A stretch of 7,256 nt of DNA from a virus (taxonomy: Duplodnaviria; Heunggongvirae; Uroviricota; Caudoviricetes): the IMG/VR virus record IMGVR_UViG_3300011952_000021; one strand, written 5' to 3'. The notes beneath the pieces were generated by a model. That model saw only the letters and a program-made list of their open reading frames with translations, was not told the DNA's origin and ran no database searches. A program made the translations under genes and the position numbers. Positions 1-5,842 of the stretch are shown here, one piece after another; position 1 is the first letter of the stretch; each line of letters starts with the position of its first letter.

Positions 1-180
1 ATATTCGTCATAAACTTTGGGATCATACTGAAGCTCCCCGCCAGATGCCTCCTGTAGACGCATCGCGCGACCTTCAGGAACCAGTATCCCCCAAGCAGCA
101 ACACTTGCCAGTCTCACTCCTGCGGCATTGGCAAGCTTTGTTTTGCTGCCAAAAAAAGTAATTGCGTCAACTTTAAGCAT
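1..180 (-). CDS. dicC: Cro/DicC-like small HTH regulator, N-terminal 60 codons only; ORF runs off the window start
   Basis: Reverse complement of 1-180 is stop-free from an ATG (complement of 178-180): MLKVDAITFFGSKTKLANAAGVRLASVAAWGILVPEGRAMRLQEASGGELQYDPKVYDEY. It has an HTH-like core (SKTKLANAAGVRLASVAAW) and an SD AGAGGGGG (complement of 186-193) 5 nt before the ATG. It is divergent from the DicA-family repressor, as dicC is from dicA. Absent from the ORF track only because it is truncated by the window edge. Confidence 0.6.
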   Translation of the reverse strand, partial: MLKVDAITFFGSKTKLANAAGVRLASVAAWGILVPEGRAMRLQEASGGELQYDPKVYDEY

Positions 181-193
181 CAAAGCCCCCTCT

Positions 194-211
194 TGTTAGA
201 CTTTTCTAACA
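194..211. promoter_or_regulatory. Operator-like palindrome O1 (TGTTAGA-CTTT-TCTAACA) in the divergent promoter region between the dicC-like and dicA-like genes
   Basis: Perfect 7-bp inverted repeat with 4-bp spacer, read directly. The same half-sites recur at 704-723 and, degenerate, at 741-758. Its position between two divergent HTH regulator genes is typical of an immunity-region operator. Confidence 0.5.
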
Positions 212-260
212 TTATTGTGCGCGGGATACCTAAGTCAAGAAAAATTAGAATTACCTAACT

Positions 261-668
261 ATGGATACAAGAACCCTAGGCCAGCGAGTTCTGGCGCGAC
301 GAAAAGAATTACGCTTAACACAACGAGAAGCTGCGCGCCTCGCTGGAGTTGCTCACGTCACAATTTCACAATGGGAAAGAGACGAAACCCAGCCAGTCGG
401 AAAACGATTGTTTGCTTTAGCGGATGCTCTGAAGTGCTCACCTACATGGCTAATGTTTGGTGACGAAGACAAGGCACCAGTGCCTGCACAAGAACTTCAT
501 GTGGAAACAGAGCTAACTCCCAACCACAAAGAATTGATCGAATTATTCGATGCTCTTCCATCTTCCGAGCAGGAAGCCTTGCTGTCTGAAATGCGCGCAA
601 GAGTAGAAAACTTCAACAAACTCTTCGAAGAAATGCTTAAAGCGCGTAAAAATAAATCAATAAAATAA
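261..668 (+). CDS. dicA: DicA-family (XRE/cI-type HTH) prophage repressor, 135 aa
   Basis: ORF track 261..668. N-terminal HTH_XRE signature (LTQREAARLAGVAHVTISQWERDETQP). The segments KRLFALADALKCSPTWLMFGDEDK and LIELFDALPSSEQEALLSEMRARVENFNKLFEEMLKARK closely resemble E. coli DicA as I recall it, which is also 135 aa; I judge this a diverged paralog, not an identical copy. No SD precedes the ATG; a -10-like TAGAAT sits at 246-251, so the mRNA may be leaderless. Confidence 0.85.
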   Translation: MDTRTLGQRVLARRKELRLTQREAARLAGVAHVTISQWERDETQPVGKRLFALADALKCSPTWLMFGDEDKAPVPAQELHVETELTPNHKELIELFDALPSSEQEALLSEMRARVENFNKLFEEMLKARKNKSIK

Positions 669-703
669 CATTCTTTTCAAGTGATTAGTTGCGCCCACTC
701 TTT

Positions 704-723
704 TTGTTAGATCAATCTAACAA
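704..723. promoter_or_regulatory. Operator-like palindrome O2 (TTGTTAGA-TCAA-TCTAACAA) downstream of the repressor gene, upstream of the small-gene operon
   Basis: Perfect 8-bp inverted repeat with 4-bp spacer; same half-site as O1 at 194-211. Confidence 0.5.
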
Positions 724-730
724 AAAACAC

Positions 731-759
731 TTGCCTCTCGTGTTAGGTTATTCTAAATT
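731..759 (+). promoter_or_regulatory. Candidate sigma70 promoter for the downstream operon (-35 TTGCCT 731-736, 17-bp spacer, -10 TAAATT 754-759), overlapped by degenerate operator O3 (741-758)
   Basis: Hexamers match consensus 4/6 each with 17-bp spacing. O3 (TGTTAGG-TTAT-TCTAAAT) lies in the spacer and -10, the arrangement expected for a repressible promoter. Weak motif evidence only. Confidence 0.3.
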
Positions 760-836
760 ACTTTCCATCAAGACACCGCACGGTGTTCTCAGCAAACAGT
801 TCCGCGACCCCGGCGTTAAGGGGAAATGAGGTCAGC

Positions 837-992
837 ATGGATACTATCGATCTTGGCAACAGCGAATCTCTGGTATGTGGCGTGTTCCCCAACCAGGACG
901 GTACGTTCACCGCGATGACATATACCAAAAGCAAAACGTTTAAAACCGAAAATGGTGCCCGTCGCTGGCTGGAAAGAAACTCAGGTGAGTGA
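837..992 (+). CDS. ydfA: Small prophage protein, 51 aa, YdfA/YdaF-like (DUF-type hypothetical)
   Basis: ATG at 837 with SD GAGGT at 828-832. Product MDTIDLGNSESLVCGVFPNQDGTFTAMTYTKSKTFKTENGARRWLERNSGE is exactly 51 aa, the length of Qin YdfA, and sits first after the dicA-like gene as ydfA does. The track ORF 783..992 is the same frame with an upstream start that lacks an SD. Confidence 0.6.
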   Translation: MDTIDLGNSESLVCGVFPNQDGTFTAMTYTKSKTFKTENGARRWLERNSGE

Positions 993-993
993 T

Positions 994-1569
994 ATGGATT
1001 TCGACACAATCATGGAAAAGGCTTACGAAGAATACTTCGAAGGTCTTGCCGAAGGCGAAGAAGCTCTCAGCTTCAGTGAGTTTAAACAGGCACTCAGAAT
1101 AAGAATGTGCTCTCACAATGACGCGGAGCACAAATATGAGAAGCAAAATCAGACCGCAGAAAATTTTGTTCTGGAACCCGGAGAAACGCTTTTCAAAATT
1201 CCCGTTACGTGCCCCATTTGCGGTTTTACATCAGAAGAACTTGACGACTCCTGTAACAATCAGGAAACAACCAAGTATGTCGAAGATGATACCGAGTGCG
1301 CACGAAGAACGATTATATCCACGAGTCCAAACTCCAGGACCAATAAATCTCACTTTGAGAGGGTGATTAATCCACTCCCCCAAACCAATAAAAAAGATGC
1401 CGGAGGACAAAAAACCCAATGGAACAACGGGATATCTGTCAAAAAAAGACGTTCCATTAAAGACAAACAACGCAGCGCCAACAACTGTAAGCGCTTTATA
1501 CCAGTAATCAATTTTCATGTTCTTAAGCGGATTTATTGGTGGTTGCGACATTGCTTAATGAATCCTTAA
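994..1569 (+). CDS. Hypothetical protein with YdfB-like N-terminus (MDFDTIMEKAYEEYFEGLAEGEE...) and a CPICG motif; C-terminal extent uncertain
   Basis: ATG 994 lies 1 nt after the ydfA-like TGA (990-992), preceded by AGGTGA at 984-989, so the two genes look translationally coupled. Same frame as track ORF 952..1569. The frame is open to 1569, but the last ~110 codons are K/R/N/Q-rich low complexity and are codon-aligned antisense to a membrane-like ORF (1231..1551, -), so only one of the two may be real there. Confidence 0.45.
   Translation: MDFDTIMEKAYEEYFEGLAEGEEALSFSEFKQALRIRMCSHNDAEHKYEKQNQTAENFVLEPGETLFKIPVTCPICGFTSEELDDSCNNQETTKYVEDDTECARRTIISTSPNSRTNKSHFERVINPLPQTNKKDAGGQKTQWNNGISVKKRRSIKDKQRSANNCKRFIPVINFHVLKRIYWWLRHCLMNP
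1231..1551 (-). CDS. Possible small membrane protein (106 aa, about three predicted TM helices), possibly a truncated SieB-like superinfection-exclusion protein
   Basis: Track ORF 1231..1551 (-) has three hydrophobic stretches (ALTVVGAALFVF, GFLSSGIFFIGLG, ALGIIFDILGCFLIVTGVV). An AAGGA SD lies 11 nt upstream of the ATG. In Rac-type prophages a membrane sieB gene lies antisense between the small early genes and kilR. It could instead be a shadow ORF of the + strand ORF 994..1569, which shares its codon boundaries. Confidence 0.3.
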   Translation of the reverse strand: MSQPPINPLKNMKIDYWYKALTVVGAALFVFNGTSFFDRYPVVPLGFLSSGIFFIGLGEWINHPLKVRFIGPGVWTRGYNRSSCALGIIFDILGCFLIVTGVVKFF

Positions 1570-1590
1570 AACTGTGGTGATTTTAAGGAT
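1562..1590. other. Perfect 10-bp stem / 9-nt loop hairpin (ATCCTTAAAA-CTGTGGTGA-TTTTAAGGAT)
   Basis: Read directly. It contains the TAA stop (1567-1569) of the + ORF and the SD-like AAGGA of the minus-strand membrane ORF. No U-tract follows on + strand, so it is not a canonical intrinsic terminator. Confidence 0.35.
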
Positions 1591-1828
1591 ACCACCTCGC
1601 CTGACGTGGTTAAAAGCAGGCACACAACACGAAAGCGCACGGCGAAGTTCGTCTCACTGTACGGTGTCGTTAAATTTAATTCGACCGTGCGCTTCCGGTT
1701 GTGGCAACCCGCGAAATGGCGCGGCGGTAAGTATGGCGGGGTTATTCCTTCCCCGTTGAGGACACCGGGTTGTCAGGTTGACCATACGCTTAAGTGACAA
1801 CCCCGCTGCAACGCCCTCTGTTATCAAT

Positions 1829-1886
1829 TTTCTGGTGACGTTTAGCGGTATCAGTTTTACTCCGTGACTGCTCTGCCGCCGTTTTT
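1829..1886 (+). ncRNA. dicF: DicF-like antisense sRNA (ftsZ translation inhibitor) with 3' hairpin and U-tract
   Basis: TTTCTGGTGACGTTTAGCGGTATCAGTTTTACTCCGTGACTGCTCTGCCGCCGTTTTT matches the 53-nt E. coli DicF sequence as I recall it, with 1-2 substitutions. It ends in a GC-rich stem plus TTTTT (1882-1886) and lies inside the operon downstream of the ydfA/ydfB-like genes, as dicF does in Qin. Confidence 0.75.
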
Positions 1887-2060
1887 AAAGTGAATTTTGT
1901 GATGCGGTGAATGCGGCTGAGCGCACGCGGAACAGTTAAAACCAAAAACAGTGTTATGGGTGGATTCTCTGTATCCGACGTTAATTGTTAACTGGTTAAC
2001 GTCACCTGGAGGCACCAGGCACCGCATCAACAAAGTTCATTTGTAAAAATGGAGATAATT

Positions 2061-2282
2061 ATGATTGCACATCACTTCGGAACTGATGAAATACCACGTC
2101 AGTGTGTGACTCCTGGCGATTATGTTCTTCATGAAGGCCGGACATATATTGCCTCGGCAAACAATATTAAAAAGCGAAAACTATATATTCGTAACCTGAC
2201 CACAAAAACATGCATTACTGACCGCATGATTAAAGTCTTCCTCGGTCGTGATGGTTTACCTGTAAAGGCGGAGTCATGGTGA
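2061..2282 (+). CDS. kilR: KilR-like small protein, 73 aa (putative FtsZ/cell-division inhibitor)
   Basis: ATG 2061 with SD GGAGA at 2051-2055 (track ORF 2049..2282, same frame). The 73-aa length and the position immediately upstream of the ydaE-like, racC-like and recE-like genes reproduce the Rac order kilR-ydaE-racC-recE. Identification rests on synteny and length, not verified by alignment. Confidence 0.6.
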   Translation: MIAHHFGTDEIPRQCVTPGDYVLHEGRTYIASANNIKKRKLYIRNLTTKTCITDRMIKVFLGRDGLPVKAESW

Positions 2283-2452
2283 TGACTAAGAAAATAAAAT
2301 GTGCTTACCACCTTTGCAAAAAAGACGTTGAAGAAAGCAAAGCTATTGAAAGAATGCTTCACTTCATGCACGGGATTTTATCAAAAGACGAACCGAGAAA
2401 ATATTGCAGTGAAGCTTGTGCCGAAAAAGACCAGATGGCACATGAACTTTAA
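2282..2452 (+). CDS. ydaE: Small Cys-rich (putative zinc-binding) protein, 56 aa, YdaE-like
   Basis: Not in the ORF track (under 60 aa). ATG 2282-2284 overlaps the kilR-like TGA (2280-2282) in the string ATGGTGATGA. Product [56 protein letters not shown] has Cys pairs CxxxxC and CxxxC; stop TAA 2450-2452. The 56-aa length and position match Rac YdaE. An alternative in-frame ATG lies at 2276. Confidence 0.5.
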   Translation: MTKKIKCAYHLCKKDVEESKAIERMLHFMHGILSKDEPRKYCSEACAEKDQMAHEL

Positions 2453-2526
2453 TTAATTGACTATTCGAAACTGAATTTATGCCAGAAATGGCAGGTATTC
2501 GCTCAACCTTAATTAAGGAGAAAAAC

Positions 2527-2802
2527 ATGATTACCAATTATGAATCCACTGTTGTAACTACCGATGACATTGTTCACGAGGTGAATCTGGAAGGAAAGCG
2601 CATTGGCTACGTAATTAAAACAGAAAATAAAGAAACCCCATTCACTGTGGTTGATATCGATGGTCCATCAGGCAACGTAAAAACACTTGATGAAGGTGTC
2701 AAAAAAATGTGCCTGGTGCATATCGGAAAGAATCTGCCCGCAGAAAAAAAAGCCGAATTTCTGGCAACTCTAATTGCAATGAAATTAAAAGGTGAAATCT
2801 GA
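2527..2802 (+). CDS. racC: RacC-like hypothetical protein, 91 aa
   Basis: ATG 2527 preceded by a strong SD AAGGAG (2515-2520). Same frame as track ORF 2479..2802, whose upstream start lacks an SD. Length 91 aa and position immediately upstream of the recE-like gene match Rac racC. Confidence 0.65.
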   Translation: MITNYESTVVTTDDIVHEVNLEGKRIGYVIKTENKETPFTVVDIDGPSGNVKTLDEGVKKMCLVHIGKNLPAEKKAEFLATLIAMKLKGEI

Positions 2803-2807
2803 AAGAA

Positions 2808-2832
2808 ATAGCCTGCGTATGGCGCAGGCTAT
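2808..2832 (+). terminator. Stem-loop 5 nt after the racC-like stop (10-bp perfect stem ATAGCCTGCG / CGCAGGCTAT, 5-nt loop); no U-tract
   Basis: Inverted repeat read directly. The following sequence GAACAGTG is not U-rich, so this is at best a weak terminator or an RNA processing/stability element. Confidence 0.25.
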
Positions 2833-2903
2833 GAACAGTGTGTATCCGGCAAGATCATTCACTGAACAAAACGAATTTTAATCTGAGTTGAGGTTAAAAA
2901 ACA

Positions 2904-5518
2904 ATGAGCACAAAACCACTCTTCCTGTTACGGAAAGCGAAAAAATCATCCGGTGAACCTGACGTCGTCCTGTGGGCAAGTGACGATTTTGAATCGACCT
3001 GTGCCACTCTGGACTACCTGATCGTTAAGTCAGGTAAAAAACTGAGCAGCTATTTTAAAGCTGTTGCCACGAATTTTCCTGTCGTTAATGACCTGCCCGC
3101 TGAAGGTGAGATCGATTTTACCTGGAGTGAACGCTATCAACTCAGCAAAGACTCCATGACATGGGAACTAAAACCGGGAGCAGCACCAGACAACGCTCAC
3201 TATCAAGGCAATACCAACGTCAACGGCGAAGACATGACTGAGATTGAGGAGAATATGCTACTCCCAATTTCTGGCCAGGAACTGCCCATTCGTTGGCTTG
3301 CTCAACACGGCAGCGAAAAACCGGTAACGCACGTTTCACGCGACGGACTCCAGGCATTACACATTGCTCGGGCTGAAGAACTACCGGCTGTTACTGCCCT
3401 GGCTGTTTCCCACAAAACCAGCCTGCTCGACCCGCTGGAAATTCGCGAACTCCACAAACTNNNNNNNNNNGGTTCGTGACACTGACAAAGTTTTCCCTAA
3501 TCCTGGTAATTCAAACCTGGGACTGATAACTGCTTTTTTCGAAGCATACCTGAACGCTGACTACACCGATCGAGGACTGCTGACAAAAGAGTGGATGAAG
3601 GGTAATCGTGTTTCACACATCACTCGCACGGCTTCCGGTGCTAATGCTGGCGGCGGAAACCTCACCGATCGCGGCGAAAGTTTCGTACACGATCTGACGT
3701 CACTGGCGCGCGACGTAGCCACTGGCGTACTGGCCCGTTCAATGGACGTGGACATCTATAACCTTCATCCGGCACACGCTAAACGCATTGAGGAAATTAT
3801 CGCTGAAAATAAACCGCCCTTTTCTGTTTTCCGCGACAAATTCATCACCATGCCTGGCGGGCTGGATTATTCCCGCGCCATCGTGGTTGCGTCCGTAAAA
3901 GAAGCACCAATTGGGATCGAGGTCATCCCCGCGCACGTCACTGAATATCTGAACAAAGTACTGACTGAAACCGATCATGCCAACCCTGATCCGGAAATCG
4001 TGGATATTGCCTGCGGTCGCTCCTCTGCCCCGATGCCGCAGCGAGTAACAGAAGAAGGAAAACAGGATGATGAAGAAAAACCGCAACCATCTGGAACAAC
4101 GGCAGTTGAACAGGGAGAGGCTGAAACAATGGAACCGGACGCAACTGAACATCATCAGGACACGCAGCCGCTGGATGCTCAGTCACAGGTAAATTCTGTT
4201 GATGCGAAATATCAGGAACTGCGGGCAGAACTCCATGAAGCCCGGAAAAACATTCCATCAAAAAATCCTGTCGATGCCGATAAATTGCTTGCTGCATCAC
4301 GTGGTGAATTTGTTGACGGAATTAGCGACCCGAACGATCCGAAATGGGTGAAGGGGATTGAAACCCGCGATTCAGTGAACCAGAACCAGCAAGAAACGGA
4401 ACAGAACGACCAGAAAGCGGAACAAAACAGCCCAAATGCGTTACAAAACGAGCCAGAAACGAAACAACCTGAGCCAGTAGCGCAACAGGAAGCGGAAAAA
4501 ATCTGCACCGCCTACGGTCAGACCGGCGGCGGCAACTGCCCTGAATGTGGTGCGNNNNNNNNNNCGGACCGATCCGAAATGGGTAAAGGGGATCCAGTCT
4601 CGCGATTGTGTGTACCAGAACCAGCCAGAAACGGAAAAAACCAGCCCAGATATGAATCAACCTGAGCCAGTAGTGCAACAGGAACCGGAAATAGCCTGCA
4701 ATGCCTGCGGCCAGACTGGCGGGGATAACTGCCCTGACTGTGGTGCGGTGATGGGCGACGCAACATACCAGGAAACATTCGCTGAAGAGAGTCAGGTTGA
4801 AGCTAAGGAAAATGATCCGGAGGAAATGGAAGGCGCTGAACATCCGCACAATGAGAATGCTGGCAGCGATCCGCATCGCGATTGCAGTGATGAAACTGGC
4901 GAAGTCGCAGATCCCGTAATCGTAGAAGACCTAGAGACAGTTATCACATCCACCAGCAGGACGTGTGACCATCTAATGATCGACCTTGAAACCATGGGAA
5001 AAAATCCTGATGCCCCGATTATCTCAATAGGCGCAATATTTTTCGATCCACAAACCGGAGATATGGGACCGGAATTTAGCAAGACCATAGATCTGAATAC
5101 TGCTGGCGGAGTCATTGATCGTGACGTCATTAAATGGTGGCTGAAGCAATCACGTGAAGCGCAGTCTGCCATTATGACCGATGAAATCCCGTTAGATGAT
5201 GCACTGTTACAATTGCGGGAATTTATCGACGAAAACTCCGGTGAATTTTTTGTTCAGGTCTGGGGAAATGGAGCCAACTTCGACAACACGATTTTGCGCC
5301 GTTCATACGAACGGCAGGGGATCCCCTGCCCGTGGCGTTACTACAACGATCGCGATGTACGCACAATCGTTGAGCTGGGGAAAGCCATAGACTTCGATGC
5401 CAGAACGGCTATTCCATTCGAAGGTGAGCGGCATAATGCACTTGATGACGCCCGTTACCAGGCAAAATACGTTTCAGTTATCTGGCAAAAACTGATCCCG
5501 AGTCAGGCTGATTCTTAA
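2904..5518 (+). CDS. recE: RecE-like (exodeoxyribonuclease VIII family N-terminal region) protein, about 868 aa, with a C-terminal DEDDh/DnaQ-like 3'-5' exonuclease domain; reading frame broken by two 10-N runs
   Basis: Track ORFs 2904..3479, 3364..4665 and 4547..5518 are consecutive pieces in frames 0, +1, +2, each switching exactly at an N run; with the N runs removed they join in frame (..ELHK-L-VRDTDK.. and ..CPECGA-RTDPKW..). The N-terminus [29 protein letters not shown].. matches E. coli RecE as I recall it. C-terminal domain motifs: Exo I MIDLETMG (~4981), Exo [13 protein letters not shown] (~5265), Exo [16 protein letters not shown] (~5433). SD GAGG sits about 10 nt upstream of ATG 2904. 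Confidence 0.85.
3461..3470. other. Run of 10 N (assembly/scaffold spacer) inside the recE-like CDS
   Basis: Literal n x10. Flanking codons are only in frame if the true gap length is a multiple of 3, including 0. Confidence 0.95.
4336..4747 (+). repeat. Two diverged tandem in-frame copies of a 59-73 aa unit ([30 protein letters not shown]) inside the recE-like CDS, separated by the second N run
   Basis: Copy 1 at 4336-4554 (73 aa), copy 2 at 4571-4747 (59 aa). Both begin GATCCGAAATGGGT.AAGGGGAT and end CCTGA.TGTGGTGCG. Each carries a C-x2-C ... C-P-x-C-G zinc-ribbon-like Cys pattern. Confidence 0.8.
4555..4564. other. Run of 10 N (assembly/scaffold spacer) at the junction of the two tandem repeat copies
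   Basis: Literal n x10. Frame is restored if the true gap is a multiple of 3. Its placement exactly between repeat copies suggests a repeat-induced assembly break. Confidence 0.95.
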
Positions 5519-5590
5519 TGTTCAACTGTCGCCGGTTGTGACTGGTATTCTGCAACCGGCGCTCGTCTGATGTAAGAGATAAAGAAATCG

Positions 5591-5842
5591 ATGAGCGAAG
5601 TAATCATGATTGTCTCTCCCGGCAAATGGGTATCCGAAGAGCAGTTAATTGCGCTGAAAGGAATAAAAAAAGGTACGTTAAAAAAGGCCCGGGAAAAATC
5701 GTTTATGGAAGGAAGGGAATATAAGCATGTCGCTCATGACGGTATGCCATGGGATAACAGTCCATGCTTTTACAACCTGGAAGAAATTGATCGCTGGATT
5801 GAGCGCCAGGCATCAGCGAGACCAAGACGTCATCTTACTTGA
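5591..5842 (+). CDS. Excisionase-like small DNA-binding protein (Xis family), 83 aa
   Basis: Track ORF 5591..5842, immediately upstream of and co-oriented with the integrase (19-34 nt gap). The GREYKHVAHDG segment resembles the lambda Xis REYLFHESA region. The start is uncertain: ATG 5591 has a weak SD and ATG 5606 is an alternative. Confidence 0.65.
   Translation: MSEVIMIVSPGKWVSEEQLIALKGIKKGTLKKAREKSFMEGREYKHVAHDGMPWDNSPCFYNLEEIDRWIERQASARPRRHLT

Noticed and set aside
215-463. Track ORF 215..463 (+, 82 aa) overlapping the repressor gene in another frame
   Set aside because: Out of frame with the well-supported DicA-family HTH protein at 261..668, with an implausible product and no SD; an overlapping-frame artefact.
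758-1146. Minus-strand track ORFs 758..1009 and 940..1146
   Set aside because: They are antisense to the SD-supported, coupled ydfA-like and ydfB-like genes and span the promoter/operator region. Their products are low-complexity with no start context; shadow ORFs.
1118-1797. Track ORFs 1118..1366 (+), 1574..1759 (+) and 1606..1797 (+, GTG start)
   Set aside because: 1118..1366 is an alternate frame inside the 994..1569 ORF. The other two give Arg/Pro/Gly-rich products with no SD and fall in the likely DicF precursor leader. A ydfC-like gene is not excluded, but I could not support one.
2061-2282. Calling the 73-aa ORF dicB because it follows DicF
   Set aside because: From memory DicB is about 62 aa and its sequence does not resemble this ORF. 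The length and downstream neighbours fit kilR of Rac better, so a DicB call was not made.
2129-2371. Minus-strand track ORF 2129..2371 (80 aa)
   Set aside because: Antisense to the coupled kilR-like and ydaE-like genes; F/H-rich product with no SD; shadow ORF.
4321-4760. Possibility that the tandem repeat is a CRISPR-like or other non-coding repeat array
   Set aside because: Only two diverged copies, no spacer structure, and both are in frame within a continuous coding sequence; it is a protein-domain duplication.
3561-5390. Track ORFs inside the recE-like gene: 3561..3755 (-), 3739..4155 (-), 3938..4300 (-), 4212..4508 (-), 4322..4876 (-), 4518..4778 (-), 4792..5172 (-), 5196..5390 (+)
   Set aside because: All lie within the long RecE-like frame, which has recognisable N-terminal and DEDDh motifs. 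Their products are Cys/Ser/Arg/Phe-rich low complexity, as expected for shadows of an acidic Q/E-rich sense strand.
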